A DNA stretch of 38,056 nucleotides. Source: an uncultured Clostridia bacterium. Lineage in GTDB: Bacteria; Bacillota; Clostridia; Oscillospirales; Acutalibacteraceae. Below, piece after piece: positions 22,111 to 30,594 of this stretch. The DNA is taken from assembly GCA_945971755.1 (NCBI GenBank), contig CAMFPJ010000001.1:1-38056 (forward strand), written 5' to 3'. Below the pieces are notes generated by a model. It was not told the origin of the DNA. It made no database searches and worked only from the letters and a program-made list of their open reading frames with translations. Within the stretch, counting starts at the first letter, position 1, and the number at the start of each line of letters is the position of its first letter. A program made the translations under genes and the position numbers.

Positions 22111-22335
22111 CTAATAATGCTCCAAGTAGTAATCTTCAATTATGCTTTCCAAATGTTCATATTCAACTTTTTCACAATTTAATCTCTTTACAAGTTCTTT
22201 CAAAGGCTCAAAGTCTGTTGACACATCATAAAGCTTATGAATTGTTTTTCCGTTATCATCTGTTACTTCAATCCCCGCTGTAATAAAACAGTCATATTCA
22301 GTTTTAACATCGTGATAAAACACACTGTATCTCAT
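22111..22335 (-). CDS. Small acidic hypothetical protein (74 aa)
   Basis: ATG 22333-22335 is preceded by GGAGTG at 6-nt spacing; the ORF-track GTG start at 22368 lacks an RBS. The product MRYSVFYHDVKTEYDCFITAGIEV... has no recognisable motif. Confidence 0.5.
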   Translation of the reverse strand: MRYSVFYHDVKTEYDCFITAGIEVTDDNGKTIHKLYDVSTDFEPLKELVKRLNCEKVEYEHLESIIEDYYLEHY

Positions 22336-22427
22336 AATTTCACTCCGCACATTGTGCCAAATTGACACAAGCTTGAATAATTATACCCAAAATGTGTCAT
22401 TTTGTCAACAAAAAGAGCAATATTATC

Positions 22428-22456
22428 TTGATTTTGGTACAAAAAAATAGTAAAAT
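22428..22456 (+). promoter_or_regulatory. Candidate SigA promoter for the alpha/beta hydrolase gene
   Basis: TTGATT (22428-22433), a 17-nt spacer, then TAAAAT (22451-22456), about 30 nt upstream of ATG 22487. Confidence 0.35.
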
Positions 22457-22486
22457 TAAAACACATTCTATATCGGAGGGGAAAAT

Positions 22487-23458
22487 ATGAACAGAAAAAC
22501 TAAAGCGGGTATCGCTTTTTTAAGCGGCTTATCTATCAGTACCGTGGGGCTCGGTTTTCTGCTTTCGCACGAGTCATTAAGTCGTAATCCCTTTGTGCTT
22601 AATAAGGTTTTTTCGCTTATTTCGCCCCCGCCTGACGAAAATGTTGACCACGGCAACGAATACTCTCACACAAAATGGGTTGAGTATGACAACTGGTGTA
22701 AATCTCAAAAGGCTAAAGAATACGAGATGACCGCAAAAGACGGTAAAAAACTTGTAAGTTATCTAATTCCGTCAAAAACGGGCAGCAAGGTTTTTGTTCT
22801 TTGTGCTCACGGTTACAGAGGCACAAAATACGGCGACTTCGGCGCTCAGGCACAGTTTTATCACTCGCTGGGTTACAATGTAATTCTTGTTGACCAGCGT
22901 GCCTCGGGCAAGAGTGAGGGAGATTACATAGGCTTTGGATTTTTTGAGTCTCGGGACTGTTTGCAGTGGCTCCGATTTTATAACGATATGTTCGGCAGTG
23001 ATATTGAATTTGTAGTTGCCGGCATTTCAATGGGCGGTGCTACCGTTTGTATGATGAGCGGAAGTGATGAGCTCCCTGAAAACGTTAAATGCATTATTTC
23101 CGACTGTGCTTACACAACGGCTGACGACGAAATCAGATACTGTTTTCAGCACTATTTGGGTATTTCTGCAGAACCGTTTCTTTCGCTTGTGAACTGTATA
23201 AATTTACACACCGCCAAATACACTTTCACAATGGCAGATGCCATTTCCGCAGTAAAAAAAGCAAAGGTACCCATGCTCTTTATTCACGGCGGTGCAGACG
23301 ATTTTGTCCCCACAAAAATGGTTTATGAACTTTACGATGTTTGCCCCACCGATAAAGATTTGCTAATTGTTGAGAAAGCAATTCATGCACAGTCTTTCTT
23401 TGAAGAGCCTGAAAAATACCAAGCAAAGGTTAAGGAATTCCTATCAAAGCATTTATAA
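22487..23458 (+). CDS. Alpha/beta hydrolase with an N-terminal membrane anchor
   Basis: 323 aa. Has an N-terminal TM (AGIAFLSGLSISTVGLGFLL), the nucleophile elbow GISMGG, a downstream IHGGADDFV motif and a C-terminal His (AIHAQS). GGAGGGG RBS is present. Confidence 0.8.
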   Translation: MNRKTKAGIAFLSGLSISTVGLGFLLSHESLSRNPFVLNKVFSLISPPPDENVDHGNEYSHTKWVEYDNWCKSQKAKEYEMTAKDGKKLVSYLIPSKTGSKVFVLCAHGYRGTKYGDFGAQAQFYHSLGYNVILVDQRASGKSEGDYIGFGFFESRDCLQWLRFYNDMFGSDIEFVVAGISMGGATVCMMSGSDELPENVKCIISDCAYTTADDEIRYCFQHYLGISAEPFLSLVNCINLHTAKYTFTMADAISAVKKAKVPMLFIHGGADDFVPTKMVYELYDVCPTDKDLLIVEKAIHAQSFFEEPEKYQAKVKEFLSKHL

Positions 23459-23464
23459 AAATTT

Positions 23465-23497
23465 AAGGCAGTTCACAATGAACTGCCTTTTTATTTT
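23465..23497 (+). terminator. Rho-independent terminator shared by the convergent hydrolase genes
   Basis: Perfect 10-bp stem aaggcagttc (23465-23474) / gaactgcctt (23480-23489) with a 5-nt loop, followed by tttatttt. It lies between the stops at 23458 (+) and 23508 (-). Confidence 0.8.
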
Positions 23498-23507
23498 GAC
23501 TAATCGG

Positions 23508-24794
23508 TTATTCGGGCATTGCCTCATCAAGAAGTTTTTCGCCGAATTCATTCTTTTTAATTTTCGGGTTTTGAAATCTTTTACCCGCCATAATAACACA
23601 GTAGGGCTGCTTAATTGTTTCAAAATTTTCTAAGGGGTTTGTGTCGGTTACTAAAATATCCGCAGATTTTCCTACTTCAATGCTGCCTGTAATATCTGCA
23701 ATTCCTGCAATCTGTGCATTTTTAAGTGTTGCTGTGTAAAGGGCAAACTCCGGAGTAACGCCTACATATTTTTGGAAATATGTAAGCTCTCGCCACATAT
23801 TGTAATGAGTTACGAACGGACAGCCCGTGTCAGTTCCGAGCCCTACGGGAATATCATTTTCCAAAGCGTTTTTTGTGCCCTCAATAATTCCTTCAAACAC
23901 AACGTTTGAGTTAAACTGTACCATTTCGGAAACCTCAGTTACATCACGGCTGAACTTTGCAAGGGGAAGTGCAGGTGAAATTGTGCAAATATATGCTGAA
24001 CCGTTATTTTTAAGGCATTGTATTGTGTTTTCATCAAGCGGTGCGCCGTGCTCAACTGTGTCAACTCCGTTTTCGGCAGCCACACGAACGCCCTCTGCAC
24101 TTTCAACGTGTGCCGCAACCTTAAAGCCCAGTTTATGTGCCTCGTCACAGGCAGCACGCACAAGCTCGGGAGCCATTTTAAGAACGCCGGGTTCTCCCAT
24201 TACTGTTGCGTCAAGAACTCCGCCGGTTATCATAATTTTAACTAAATCGACTTTTTGTTCGGCAAGTTTTTGAACCTGTTCTATACATTCTTCGGGAGTG
24301 TTTGCTTCAACTGCAACACTGCCTACCATGTGTCCGTCTTTGGGACCGATTGCATTGTTTGACGCTAATATTCTCGGTCCGTCGGTTTTGCCGGAGTTTA
24401 TCATATCACGCAGCTGTGTGTCAAAATTTCCTACTCCACCAACGGTGCGAACGGTAGTAACACCCGAAAGAAGCTCCTGCATAGCGTAGTTTTTACACAT
24501 TGCTACGCCGATTTTTCTTGTAACGGCAGAAGAGGTAACTATTTTTACAAGCAGTTTTGTATTTCCCCCGGTTGTTGAGGGCTTACCGCCTGCGGGCAAA
24601 TGCACATGAAGGTTAATAAGTCCGGGCATTAAATACCTGCCGCCTAAGTCAATTACATTTTCATTTTTGCCGACGTCGTATTTGTCGGTAATATCTGAAA
24701 TTATTCCGTTCTCGGTTACAAGGACTTTATTCTTAACGGGAGTCATATTCTCTGTTCCGTCAAGTAAAATGAAATTTCTGTAAACTGTTTTCAT
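23508..24794 (-). CDS. Amidohydrolase-superfamily metal-dependent hydrolase
   Basis: Start at ATG 24792-24794 (MKTVYRNFILLDG...) with an AGGGGG RBS. The metal-ligand motif is PGLINLHVHL (HxH), and there is a C-terminal GSIEVGKSADI motif typical of PF01979 enzymes. The 84-codon upstream extension in the ORF track has no support. Confidence 0.8.
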   Translation of the reverse strand: MKTVYRNFILLDGTENMTPVKNKVLVTENGIISDITDKYDVGKNENVIDLGGRYLMPGLINLHVHLPAGGKPSTTGGNTKLLVKIVTSSAVTRKIGVAMCKNYAMQELLSGVTTVRTVGGVGNFDTQLRDMINSGKTDGPRILASNNAIGPKDGHMVGSVAVEANTPEECIEQVQKLAEQKVDLVKIMITGGVLDATVMGEPGVLKMAPELVRAACDEAHKLGFKVAAHVESAEGVRVAAENGVDTVEHGAPLDENTIQCLKNNGSAYICTISPALPLAKFSRDVTEVSEMVQFNSNVVFEGIIEGTKNALENDIPVGLGTDTGCPFVTHYNMWRELTYFQKYVGVTPEFALYTATLKNAQIAGIADITGSIEVGKSADILVTDTNPLENFETIKQPYCVIMAGKRFQNPKIKKNEFGEKLLDEAMPE

Positions 24795-24897
24795 AAGAAA
24801 ACCCCCTAACTTTTTTATTATACACCTCAAAAAAGCAATTTTCAACAGAGGTATTAAATCGGTGCAAAATACATATATTATTTTTGAGGTGAAGGGT

Positions 24898-25371
24898 ATG
24901 TGGAAGAAATATAAATCGCTTATTATATCGGTGATAATTTCCCTGTCCGTCGGGGGACTTTCCGCACCGTTTACAATGAAAAATATGAGCCTTTTTGACG
25001 AGGTAAAAAAGCCTCCGCTCTCACCTCCCGCCGTTCTTTTCCCCATAGTATGGACTGTGCTTTACATTCTTATGGGAATCAGCAGTGCGATTGTTTTTGA
25101 ACACAGGGTCTTTAAGAAATCGGAAGCGGAAAAAGGGCTTTTGATATACGCTGTGAGTTTGGTAATCAATTTTTTCTGGAGCATAATATTCTTTAATTTC
25201 AGAGCATTCACCTTTGCGTTTTTATGGCTGCTTCTCTTATGGTGTGTCATTCTTTATATGATTGCTTCATTTTACAAAGTTAACAAGCTCTCATCATATT
25301 TACAAATTCCCTATCTTATTTGGGTAACATTCGCAGGGTATTTAACCTTTGCAATCAGCATTTTGAATTAA
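24898..25371 (+). CDS. tspO: TspO/MBR family tryptophan-rich sensory protein
   Basis: 157 aa with five TM segments. KPPLSPPAVLFPIVWTVLY and WSIIFF / YLIWVTFAGYL are TspO signatures. ATG 24898 is preceded by GAGGTGAAGG; the ORF-track start at 24862 is GTG. Confidence 0.85.
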   Translation: MWKKYKSLIISVIISLSVGGLSAPFTMKNMSLFDEVKKPPLSPPAVLFPIVWTVLYILMGISSAIVFEHRVFKKSEAEKGLLIYAVSLVINFFWSIIFFNFRAFTFAFLWLLLLWCVILYMIASFYKVNKLSSYLQIPYLIWVTFAGYLTFAISILN

Positions 25372-25452
25372 AGGAAGTAATGTTGCAAAGAAAATAATGA
25401 GCAATGACGGCACTGCGTGGAACGAAACAAAAATTCCGTTCCCGTTCTTCAG

Positions 25453-25598
25453 ATGCAGAGAATTAAGTATTATTAAAAACTGAAGCGCCGCTTCACAAGA
25501 TGTTAACCCGCTGAAACGCTTATGCAATTAGCAGATTTTTACAATGTCAGTATGGACTGCATTATGATGCGAACCGACAAGCCCGAAATCAACAAATA
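25453..25598 (+). pseudogene. Decayed remnant of a small XRE/Cro-type HTH gene
   Basis: A single frame reads MQRIKYY*KLKRRFTRC*PAETLMQLADFYNVSMDCIMMRTDKPEINK*. The tail matches the conserved C-terminal half of HTH_3 proteins (LA.F..VS.DY..GR.D). Two in-frame TAA stops (25474-25476, 25504-25506) interrupt it, and the helix-turn-helix core appears to be deleted. Confidence 0.4.
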
Positions 25599-25602
25599 GC
25601 AG

Positions 25603-25628
25603 AAAAAGCCGGCAGAAGTCGGCTTTTG
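25603..25628. terminator. Bidirectional rho-independent terminator
   Basis: 8-bp stem aagccggc (25606-25613) / gtcggctt (25618-25625, one G-U pair), loop agaa. It is flanked by aaaaa upstream and ttttg downstream. It follows both the XRE remnant (+) and the 54-aa ORF (-). Confidence 0.7.
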
Positions 25629-25793
25629 TTATTTGTCATATTCTGTTTTTCTCGGAGTTAAAATCATTTTTTCACCGTTTTGCTTTGCAGAGTAAGGCGA
25701 AAATTTGTAATTACCCTCTCTTACAAATTTCATAATGTCCCCAATACCCAAAATCTTTTCGGGAACCTCAAGAGCAGTTTCGTATTTATACAT
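25629..25793 (-). CDS. Small hypothetical protein (54 aa), below the ORF-track length cutoff
   Basis: The manual translation is MYKYETALEVPEKILGIGDIMKFVREGNYKFSPYSAKQNGEKMILTPRKTEYDK. ATG 25791-25793 has AGGAG 6 nt upstream, overlapping the TAG stop of the RlmI-like gene. The stop TAA (25629-25631) is followed directly by the terminator. Confidence 0.55.
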   Translation of the reverse strand: MYKYETALEVPEKILGIGDIMKFVREGNYKFSPYSAKQNGEKMILTPRKTEYDK

Positions 25794-25802
25794 CTTTTTC
25801 TC

Positions 25803-26978
25803 CTACTGAACGTGCAAAACGTAAAATTTAAGGTAAGTTGTTTCGTCCGCAGCCAAAAGTGCCGGGTGGTCAGGGGACTGTGACTTAATCTCCACAACAC
25901 GAACCGTTCTTCCGCTCTCGCGCGATGCCTCTTTAAGCATTTTTTCAAAAAGCGTTGCAGTCATATAATGTGAGCAAGAGGCAGTAACTAAAAACCCGCC
26001 TTTTTTAACGAGTTTAAGTCCTAAAATGTTTATGTCCTTATAACCCCTGTAAGCATTTTTAACGTCATTTGCACTCTTGCAAAATGCGGGAGGGTCTAAG
26101 ACCACGGTGTCAAATTTTTCACCGTTAGCTTTATATTCCCGAAGTTTTTCAAACACGTCTCCGCACTCTGTTCTGACTACATTTTCAAGACCGTTAAGTT
26201 TGGCATTTTCTCTTACATCCGCAAGGGCTTTTTCTGAAATATCAAGCGAGATAACCTCTTTTGCCCCTGCCGCCGCAGCATTAAGAGAAAATCCGCCCAC
26301 ATTACAGAAGCAGTCAAGCACTCTTGCATCTTTTGAATATCTGCGAAGTGCGAGCCTGTTCTCTTTTTGGTCAAGAAAATATCCTGTTTTTTGACCGTTC
26401 TCAAGGTCGGCAATCATTTTAAGTCCGTTTTCTTCTATAACTACTTTCGGGTCGAAATCGCCGTATATTTTGCCCTTAAAAATGGGTAAACCCTCTTTTT
26501 TACGGACTTCCACATCGCTTCGTTCATAAATTCCGCGGGGACTGTAAAGTTCTTTCAACGCATCTATTATGTCCTGTTTGTGCTTGTCCATACCAAGAGA
26601 CAAAATTTGAATAGAAAAAACGTCTGCGTATTTGTCTATTATTACAGCAGGGAGATTATCTGCCTCACCGAATACTGCCCTGAAGCAGTTTGAATACCCG
26701 AGCTTTTCACGGTATTCAACGGCTGTTTTAATTCGTTCCTTAAAAAGTTCTTTTGTTACTTTTTCATCTTTGTTTCTTATGAAAATGCGAACTAAAATTT
26801 TTGAAATATGGTTAATAAAGCCCTTGCCGATAAAGTTCCCTTTACAGTCGTAAACGCAGGCTAAATCGCCGTTTTTGCCCTCACCCTCAATACGCTCAAC
26901 CTCGTTAGCGTAAACCCATGAATGACCTGCCGCTATTCTTTTTTCTTCATTCTTTTTAAGGTAAACTCTGTAACCCAT
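25803..26978 (-). CDS. rlmI: Class I SAM-dependent rRNA methyltransferase, RlmI/YwbD-like (PUA plus MTase domains)
   Basis: 391 aa. Has an N-terminal PUA-like region (KKNEEKRIAAGHSWVYANEV), the SAM motif VLDCFCNVGGFS, VVLDPPAF and LVTASCS motifs. Confidence 0.75.
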   Translation of the reverse strand: MGYRVYLKKNEEKRIAAGHSWVYANEVERIEGEGKNGDLACVYDCKGNFIGKGFINHISKILVRIFIRNKDEKVTKELFKERIKTAVEYREKLGYSNCFRAVFGEADNLPAVIIDKYADVFSIQILSLGMDKHKQDIIDALKELYSPRGIYERSDVEVRKKEGLPIFKGKIYGDFDPKVVIEENGLKMIADLENGQKTGYFLDQKENRLALRRYSKDARVLDCFCNVGGFSLNAAAAGAKEVISLDISEKALADVRENAKLNGLENVVRTECGDVFEKLREYKANGEKFDTVVLDPPAFCKSANDVKNAYRGYKDINILGLKLVKKGGFLVTASCSHYMTATLFEKMLKEASRESGRTVRVVEIKSQSPDHPALLAADETTYLKFYVLHVQ

Positions 26979-26990
26979 CTTATGCCTCTT

Positions 26991-28370
26991 TTATGCTGAT
27001 TTTTTCTTTTCACTGTCAAACCCGTGCACCCAATCTGACTTTAAGTAATAAATCAGATAAACAACGGAGCTGATAAACCACGTGAGCGGATATGCCCAAT
27101 AAATTAAGTGAATGTCATGCAAGAAATGCATTACGGTAATAATGTAAGAAATTCTTAAAACACACCACACCGAAAGCATTATTGCCATTGGAACAAACGC
27201 TTTGCCTGCTCCTCTGCAGACCGCCGCAACCGAGTGTGAAAATGCCAGCAAAAAATAAAAAACAGTTACCGTGTGCGCCTGCATAACACCGAGGGCAATA
27301 ACCTCAGGTGAGGAGTCAAACATGGAGATTAAATCGGCGGCAAAACGGTACTGACAAATACCGATAATCTCCGCAAGCACCATTGCAGACAAAATTCCGA
27401 ACCTTGCCGCTTTTTTTGCTCTGCCGTGCTGTTTCGCACCGAGATTTTGACCGATAAATGTTGTAATTGCCATATTAAGACTCATTATGGGCAGGAACAC
27501 AAAACCTTCAATTTTGGCATGGGAGCCATAAGCGGCTGTTGCAACCATGCCGAATGAATTTATTTGTGTTTGAACTATTACGTTTGCAAAACCGATAACG
27601 GAGTTTTGCACGCCCGAGGGGAGCCCGTAACGGATAATTTGTGCGAGCATATCTTTATGAAACCGAATTTTGCGTGGAGTAACCGTTACCAAATTTCCTT
27701 TTTTAAGTAGATGTGCAAAGCAGAGAACAACGCTGGCAGTTTGCGAAATCACCGTTGCCACCGCCGCTGACCAAACGCCGAACCGAAAAACCGCAACAAA
27801 AAGCGTGTCAAGAACAACGTTAAGGATTGATGAGAAAATCAGGTAATAAAGCGGCCTTTTACTGTCACCCACCGCCATCATAATACCTCTGCAAACGTTA
27901 TACATTACCATCGACAATGAGCCTGCAAAGAAAAAGCGGAAATATTCAACCGCTTTGGGAAGAACCTCGGGGTCTGTGTGCATCCAACGCAAAAAAGTAG
28001 GTGTGAACAAAACACCCACAACGGTTAAAATCACACCTGAGGTTATACCGATTGCAAGGTCAGTGTGAATTGCTTTAGAAATATTTTCTTCGTTCTTTTC
28101 ACCGAACGAGCGGGAAATCAGCACACCTGCCCCAAGAAAAAGCCCTTCAAAAAAACTTATCATCATAAAAATAAGAGTACCCGAGGAGCTTACCGCAGCA
28201 AGTGCCTTTGTACCGAGAAAATGCCCCACAATCAGTGAGTCAGCAGTGTTGTAAAGCTGCTGAAAAACCTGACTCACAAAAAGCGGTAAAGCAAATTTTA
28301 TAATCAACCGATAAGGGTTACCAACCGTTAAATCTTGCATCGCAGCTTTTTTAGTTTCCGAATTAGTCAT
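26991..28370 (-). CDS. MATE family efflux transporter
   Basis: Start at ATG 28368-28370 (MTNSETKKAAMQDLTVGNPYRLIIKFALPLF...), which is a typical MATE N-terminus. 12 TM segments are predicted by eye. The ORF-track 40-codon extension would overlap argF. Confidence 0.85.
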   Translation of the reverse strand: MTNSETKKAAMQDLTVGNPYRLIIKFALPLFVSQVFQQLYNTADSLIVGHFLGTKALAAVSSSGTLIFMMISFFEGLFLGAGVLISRSFGEKNEENISKAIHTDLAIGITSGVILTVVGVLFTPTFLRWMHTDPEVLPKAVEYFRFFFAGSLSMVMYNVCRGIMMAVGDSKRPLYYLIFSSILNVVLDTLFVAVFRFGVWSAAVATVISQTASVVLCFAHLLKKGNLVTVTPRKIRFHKDMLAQIIRYGLPSGVQNSVIGFANVIVQTQINSFGMVATAAYGSHAKIEGFVFLPIMSLNMAITTFIGQNLGAKQHGRAKKAARFGILSAMVLAEIIGICQYRFAADLISMFDSSPEVIALGVMQAHTVTVFYFLLAFSHSVAAVCRGAGKAFVPMAIMLSVWCVLRISYIITVMHFLHDIHLIYWAYPLTWFISSVVYLIYYLKSDWVHGFDSEKKKSA

Positions 28371-28401
28371 AAATATCCTTCTGAATAAAATATTTTCTAC
28401 A

Positions 28402-28430
28402 GTCGAAAAGCACTCATAAAGAGTGCCTTT
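28402..28430 (-). terminator. Rho-independent terminator after argF
   Basis: On the minus strand: gcactc-tttat-gagtgc hairpin (28410-28426) followed by ttttcg. It begins 2 nt after the argF stop (28432-28434). Confidence 0.6.
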
Positions 28431-28431
28431 T

Positions 28432-29415
28432 TTATAATGTTGCCGCCATAACGGCTTTAATTGTGTGCATACGGTTTTCCGCCTCGTCAAATACTATTGA
28501 GCGGTCACTTTCAATTACTTCATCAGTAACTTCAATGCAATCCATACCGAATTTTTCGCAAATTTCTTTGCCGATGCTTGTATTTAAGTCGTGAAATGCA
28601 GGAAGGCAGTGCATAAACTTAGCCTTTTCTCCTGCGCCGTTCATAATATCCATTGTAACTCTGTAAGGAGTTAAATCTTGAATTCTCTCTGCCCAGACTT
28701 CATCTGCTTCACCCATTGAAACCCAAACGTCCGTATAAATTACATCAGCATTTTCAGTGGCTGTGGGTATGTCTTCAATAAACTCAAGCTTTGCGCCGGT
28801 AGTTTTTGCAATTTCCTTACAAGTGGCAACAAGTTCACCGTCAGGGAAATATTTTTTCGGTGCGCAAGCCACAAAATGCATACCCATTTTGGCACACCCC
28901 ACCATAAGTGAGTTGCCCATATTATACCTTGCATCGCCCATATAAACAAGTTTCTTGCCACGGAGTGTTCCGAAATGCTCACGGACAGTTAAAAAGTCTG
29001 CAAGAATTTGAGTGGGGTGAAATTCATTGGTAAGTCCGTTCCAAACGGGAACGCCTGCATATTTTGCAATTTCTTCAACTATTTCCTGACCGAAGCCGCG
29101 GTATTCAATACCGTCAAACATTCTGCCTAAAACTCTTGCCGTGTCTTTTATGCTTTCTTTTTTGCCGATTTGTGAAGATGACGGGTCAAGGTAAACAGGG
29201 TGCATACCCAAATCTGCCGCCGCAACCTCAAAAGCGCAGCGTGTGCGTGTGCTTGTCTTTTCAAAAATCAGAGCAATGCTTTTGCCCTCGCAAATCTTAT
29301 GCAAAATTCCGTTTTTCTTTTTGTTTTTTAGTTCAGCCGCCAAATCAAGAAGATAGGTAATCTCCTCGGGAGTAAAATCAAGCAGCTTCAAAAAATGCTT
29401 TCCTTTTAAGTCCAT
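28432..29415 (-). CDS. argF: Ornithine carbamoyltransferase
   Basis: 327 aa. STRTR, HPTQ and HCLPA motifs are present. It is the last gene of the arg block. Confidence 0.9.
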   Translation of the reverse strand: MDLKGKHFLKLLDFTPEEITYLLDLAAELKNKKKNGILHKICEGKSIALIFEKTSTRTRCAFEVAAADLGMHPVYLDPSSSQIGKKESIKDTARVLGRMFDGIEYRGFGQEIVEEIAKYAGVPVWNGLTNEFHPTQILADFLTVREHFGTLRGKKLVYMGDARYNMGNSLMVGCAKMGMHFVACAPKKYFPDGELVATCKEIAKTTGAKLEFIEDIPTATENADVIYTDVWVSMGEADEVWAERIQDLTPYRVTMDIMNGAGEKAKFMHCLPAFHDLNTSIGKEICEKFGMDCIEVTDEVIESDRSIVFDEAENRMHTIKAVMAATL

Positions 29416-29424
29416 ATTTTCACC

Positions 29425-30594
29425 TTAGATTTTTGCGCAGGAATTTTTAATAATCCCTACCGCTTTCAAAAGGGTTTCTTCCGGTATATTAAGTGCGGGG
29501 AGCAAACGAACCTTATCCTTGGCAGTAAGGCAAAGAACACCGTTATCAATGCACTCTTTTACAATTTCAGATGCAGGACGGGCAGTCTTAATGCCGATCA
29601 TAAGGCCGAGTCCGCAAACACTCTCAACACCCTTTGCCCCCTCAAGAGAAGAGAACACCTTTTTGCTTTTTTCTTTAACTTCTTCTAAAAGCTTGTCGTC
29701 AATTCGTTCTATAATGCTTATTGCCGCCGCACAGCAAACGGGGTTGCCGCCAAAAGTTGAGCCGTGGTCGCCGAAGCCAAACACGCCTTGTGCCTTTTCG
29801 CCCACAAGGGTTGCACCCAGCGGTAAACCGCCTGCAAGCCCCTTTGCAGTAGAGACAACATCCGGTTTAACACCGTAATTCATATAACTGTAAAGCTCGC
29901 CCGTTCTGCCGTTGCCTGTCTGAACCTCATCCACCATGAAAAGAACGTCGTTTTCATTACACCATTTTTCCACCGCTTTAATAAATTCGGCATCAATGGG
30001 TAAAACTCCGCCTTCACCCTGAATACATTCAAGAAGTACGCCTGCAACGGGTGTTTCCTCATTTATCTTTTTTATTGCTGCCAAATCGCCTGCGTCCACA
30101 CTCATAAAACCGGGTGTAAGCGGTGTAAACAACTCGTGGTAATGCTCCTGACCCGTTGCCGCAAGAGTAGTTAGTGTTCTTCCGTGAAAACTGTTATTCA
30201 GCGTTACTATTGTGTAGCAGTTTTCGCCGTGCTTTTCCCATGCATATTTTCTTGCAATTTTTATAGCACACTCGTTTGCTTCAGCACCCGAATTTGAAAA
30301 GAAAACCTTTTTCATTCCTGTTTTCTCACAAAGGATTTCCGCTAAATCTGCGCAAGGCTCCGTGTAATAAAGGTTAGACATGTGCTGAACCTTTGAAATT
30401 TGCTCCGTTACGGCATTTTGCCAAACTTCATCCGCAATTCCGAATGAAGTAACGCCGATACCTGAGCCTAAATCTATGTATTCTTTTCCGTTTTCGTCTT
30501 TAACCACCGAGCCTTTACCCTCAGTAATATTAACGGGAAAACGGTTGTAAGTACCTAAAATATACTGTTTATCTTTCTCAAAAACACTGCTCAT
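29425..30594 (-). CDS. argD: Acetylornithine aminotransferase (class III PLP aminotransferase)
   Basis: 389 aa. Contains SNSGAEANE and DEVQTG.GRTG, with the PLP-Lys context STAKGLAGG. Its start overlaps the argB stop as ATGA. Confidence 0.88.
   Translation of the reverse strand: MSSVFEKDKQYILGTYNRFPVNITEGKGSVVKDENGKEYIDLGSGIGVTSFGIADEVWQNAVTEQISKVQHMSNLYYTEPCADLAEILCEKTGMKKVFFSNSGAEANECAIKIARKYAWEKHGENCYTIVTLNNSFHGRTLTTLAATGQEHYHELFTPLTPGFMSVDAGDLAAIKKINEETPVAGVLLECIQGEGGVLPIDAEFIKAVEKWCNENDVLFMVDEVQTGNGRTGELYSYMNYGVKPDVVSTAKGLAGGLPLGATLVGEKAQGVFGFGDHGSTFGGNPVCCAAAISIIERIDDKLLEEVKEKSKKVFSSLEGAKGVESVCGLGLMIGIKTARPASEIVKECIDNGVLCLTAKDKVRLLPALNIPEETLLKAVGIIKNSCAKI

Noticed and set aside
24795-25046. 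84-codon N-terminal extension of the amidohydrolase ORF in the track (and similar extensions at 28371-28490, 6752-6814, 20533-20595, 8967-9044)
   Set aside because: Internal ATGs with proper RBSs give N-termini typical of the families. The extensions start at TTG/GTG or lack an RBS, and they would overlap neighbouring genes or promoters.
25342-25527. 61-aa minus-strand ORF in the TspO-downstream spacer
   Set aside because: It has no RBS, overlaps the tspO 3' end, and reads through the region better explained as a plus-strand XRE gene remnant.
28379-28396. ARG-box-like half-site ttctgaataaaatatttt between the argF terminator and the MATE gene start
   Set aside because: Only the TNTGAAT half matches the consensus as I recall it; the second half does not. 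The location downstream of the arg genes is also not where ArgR control would be expected.
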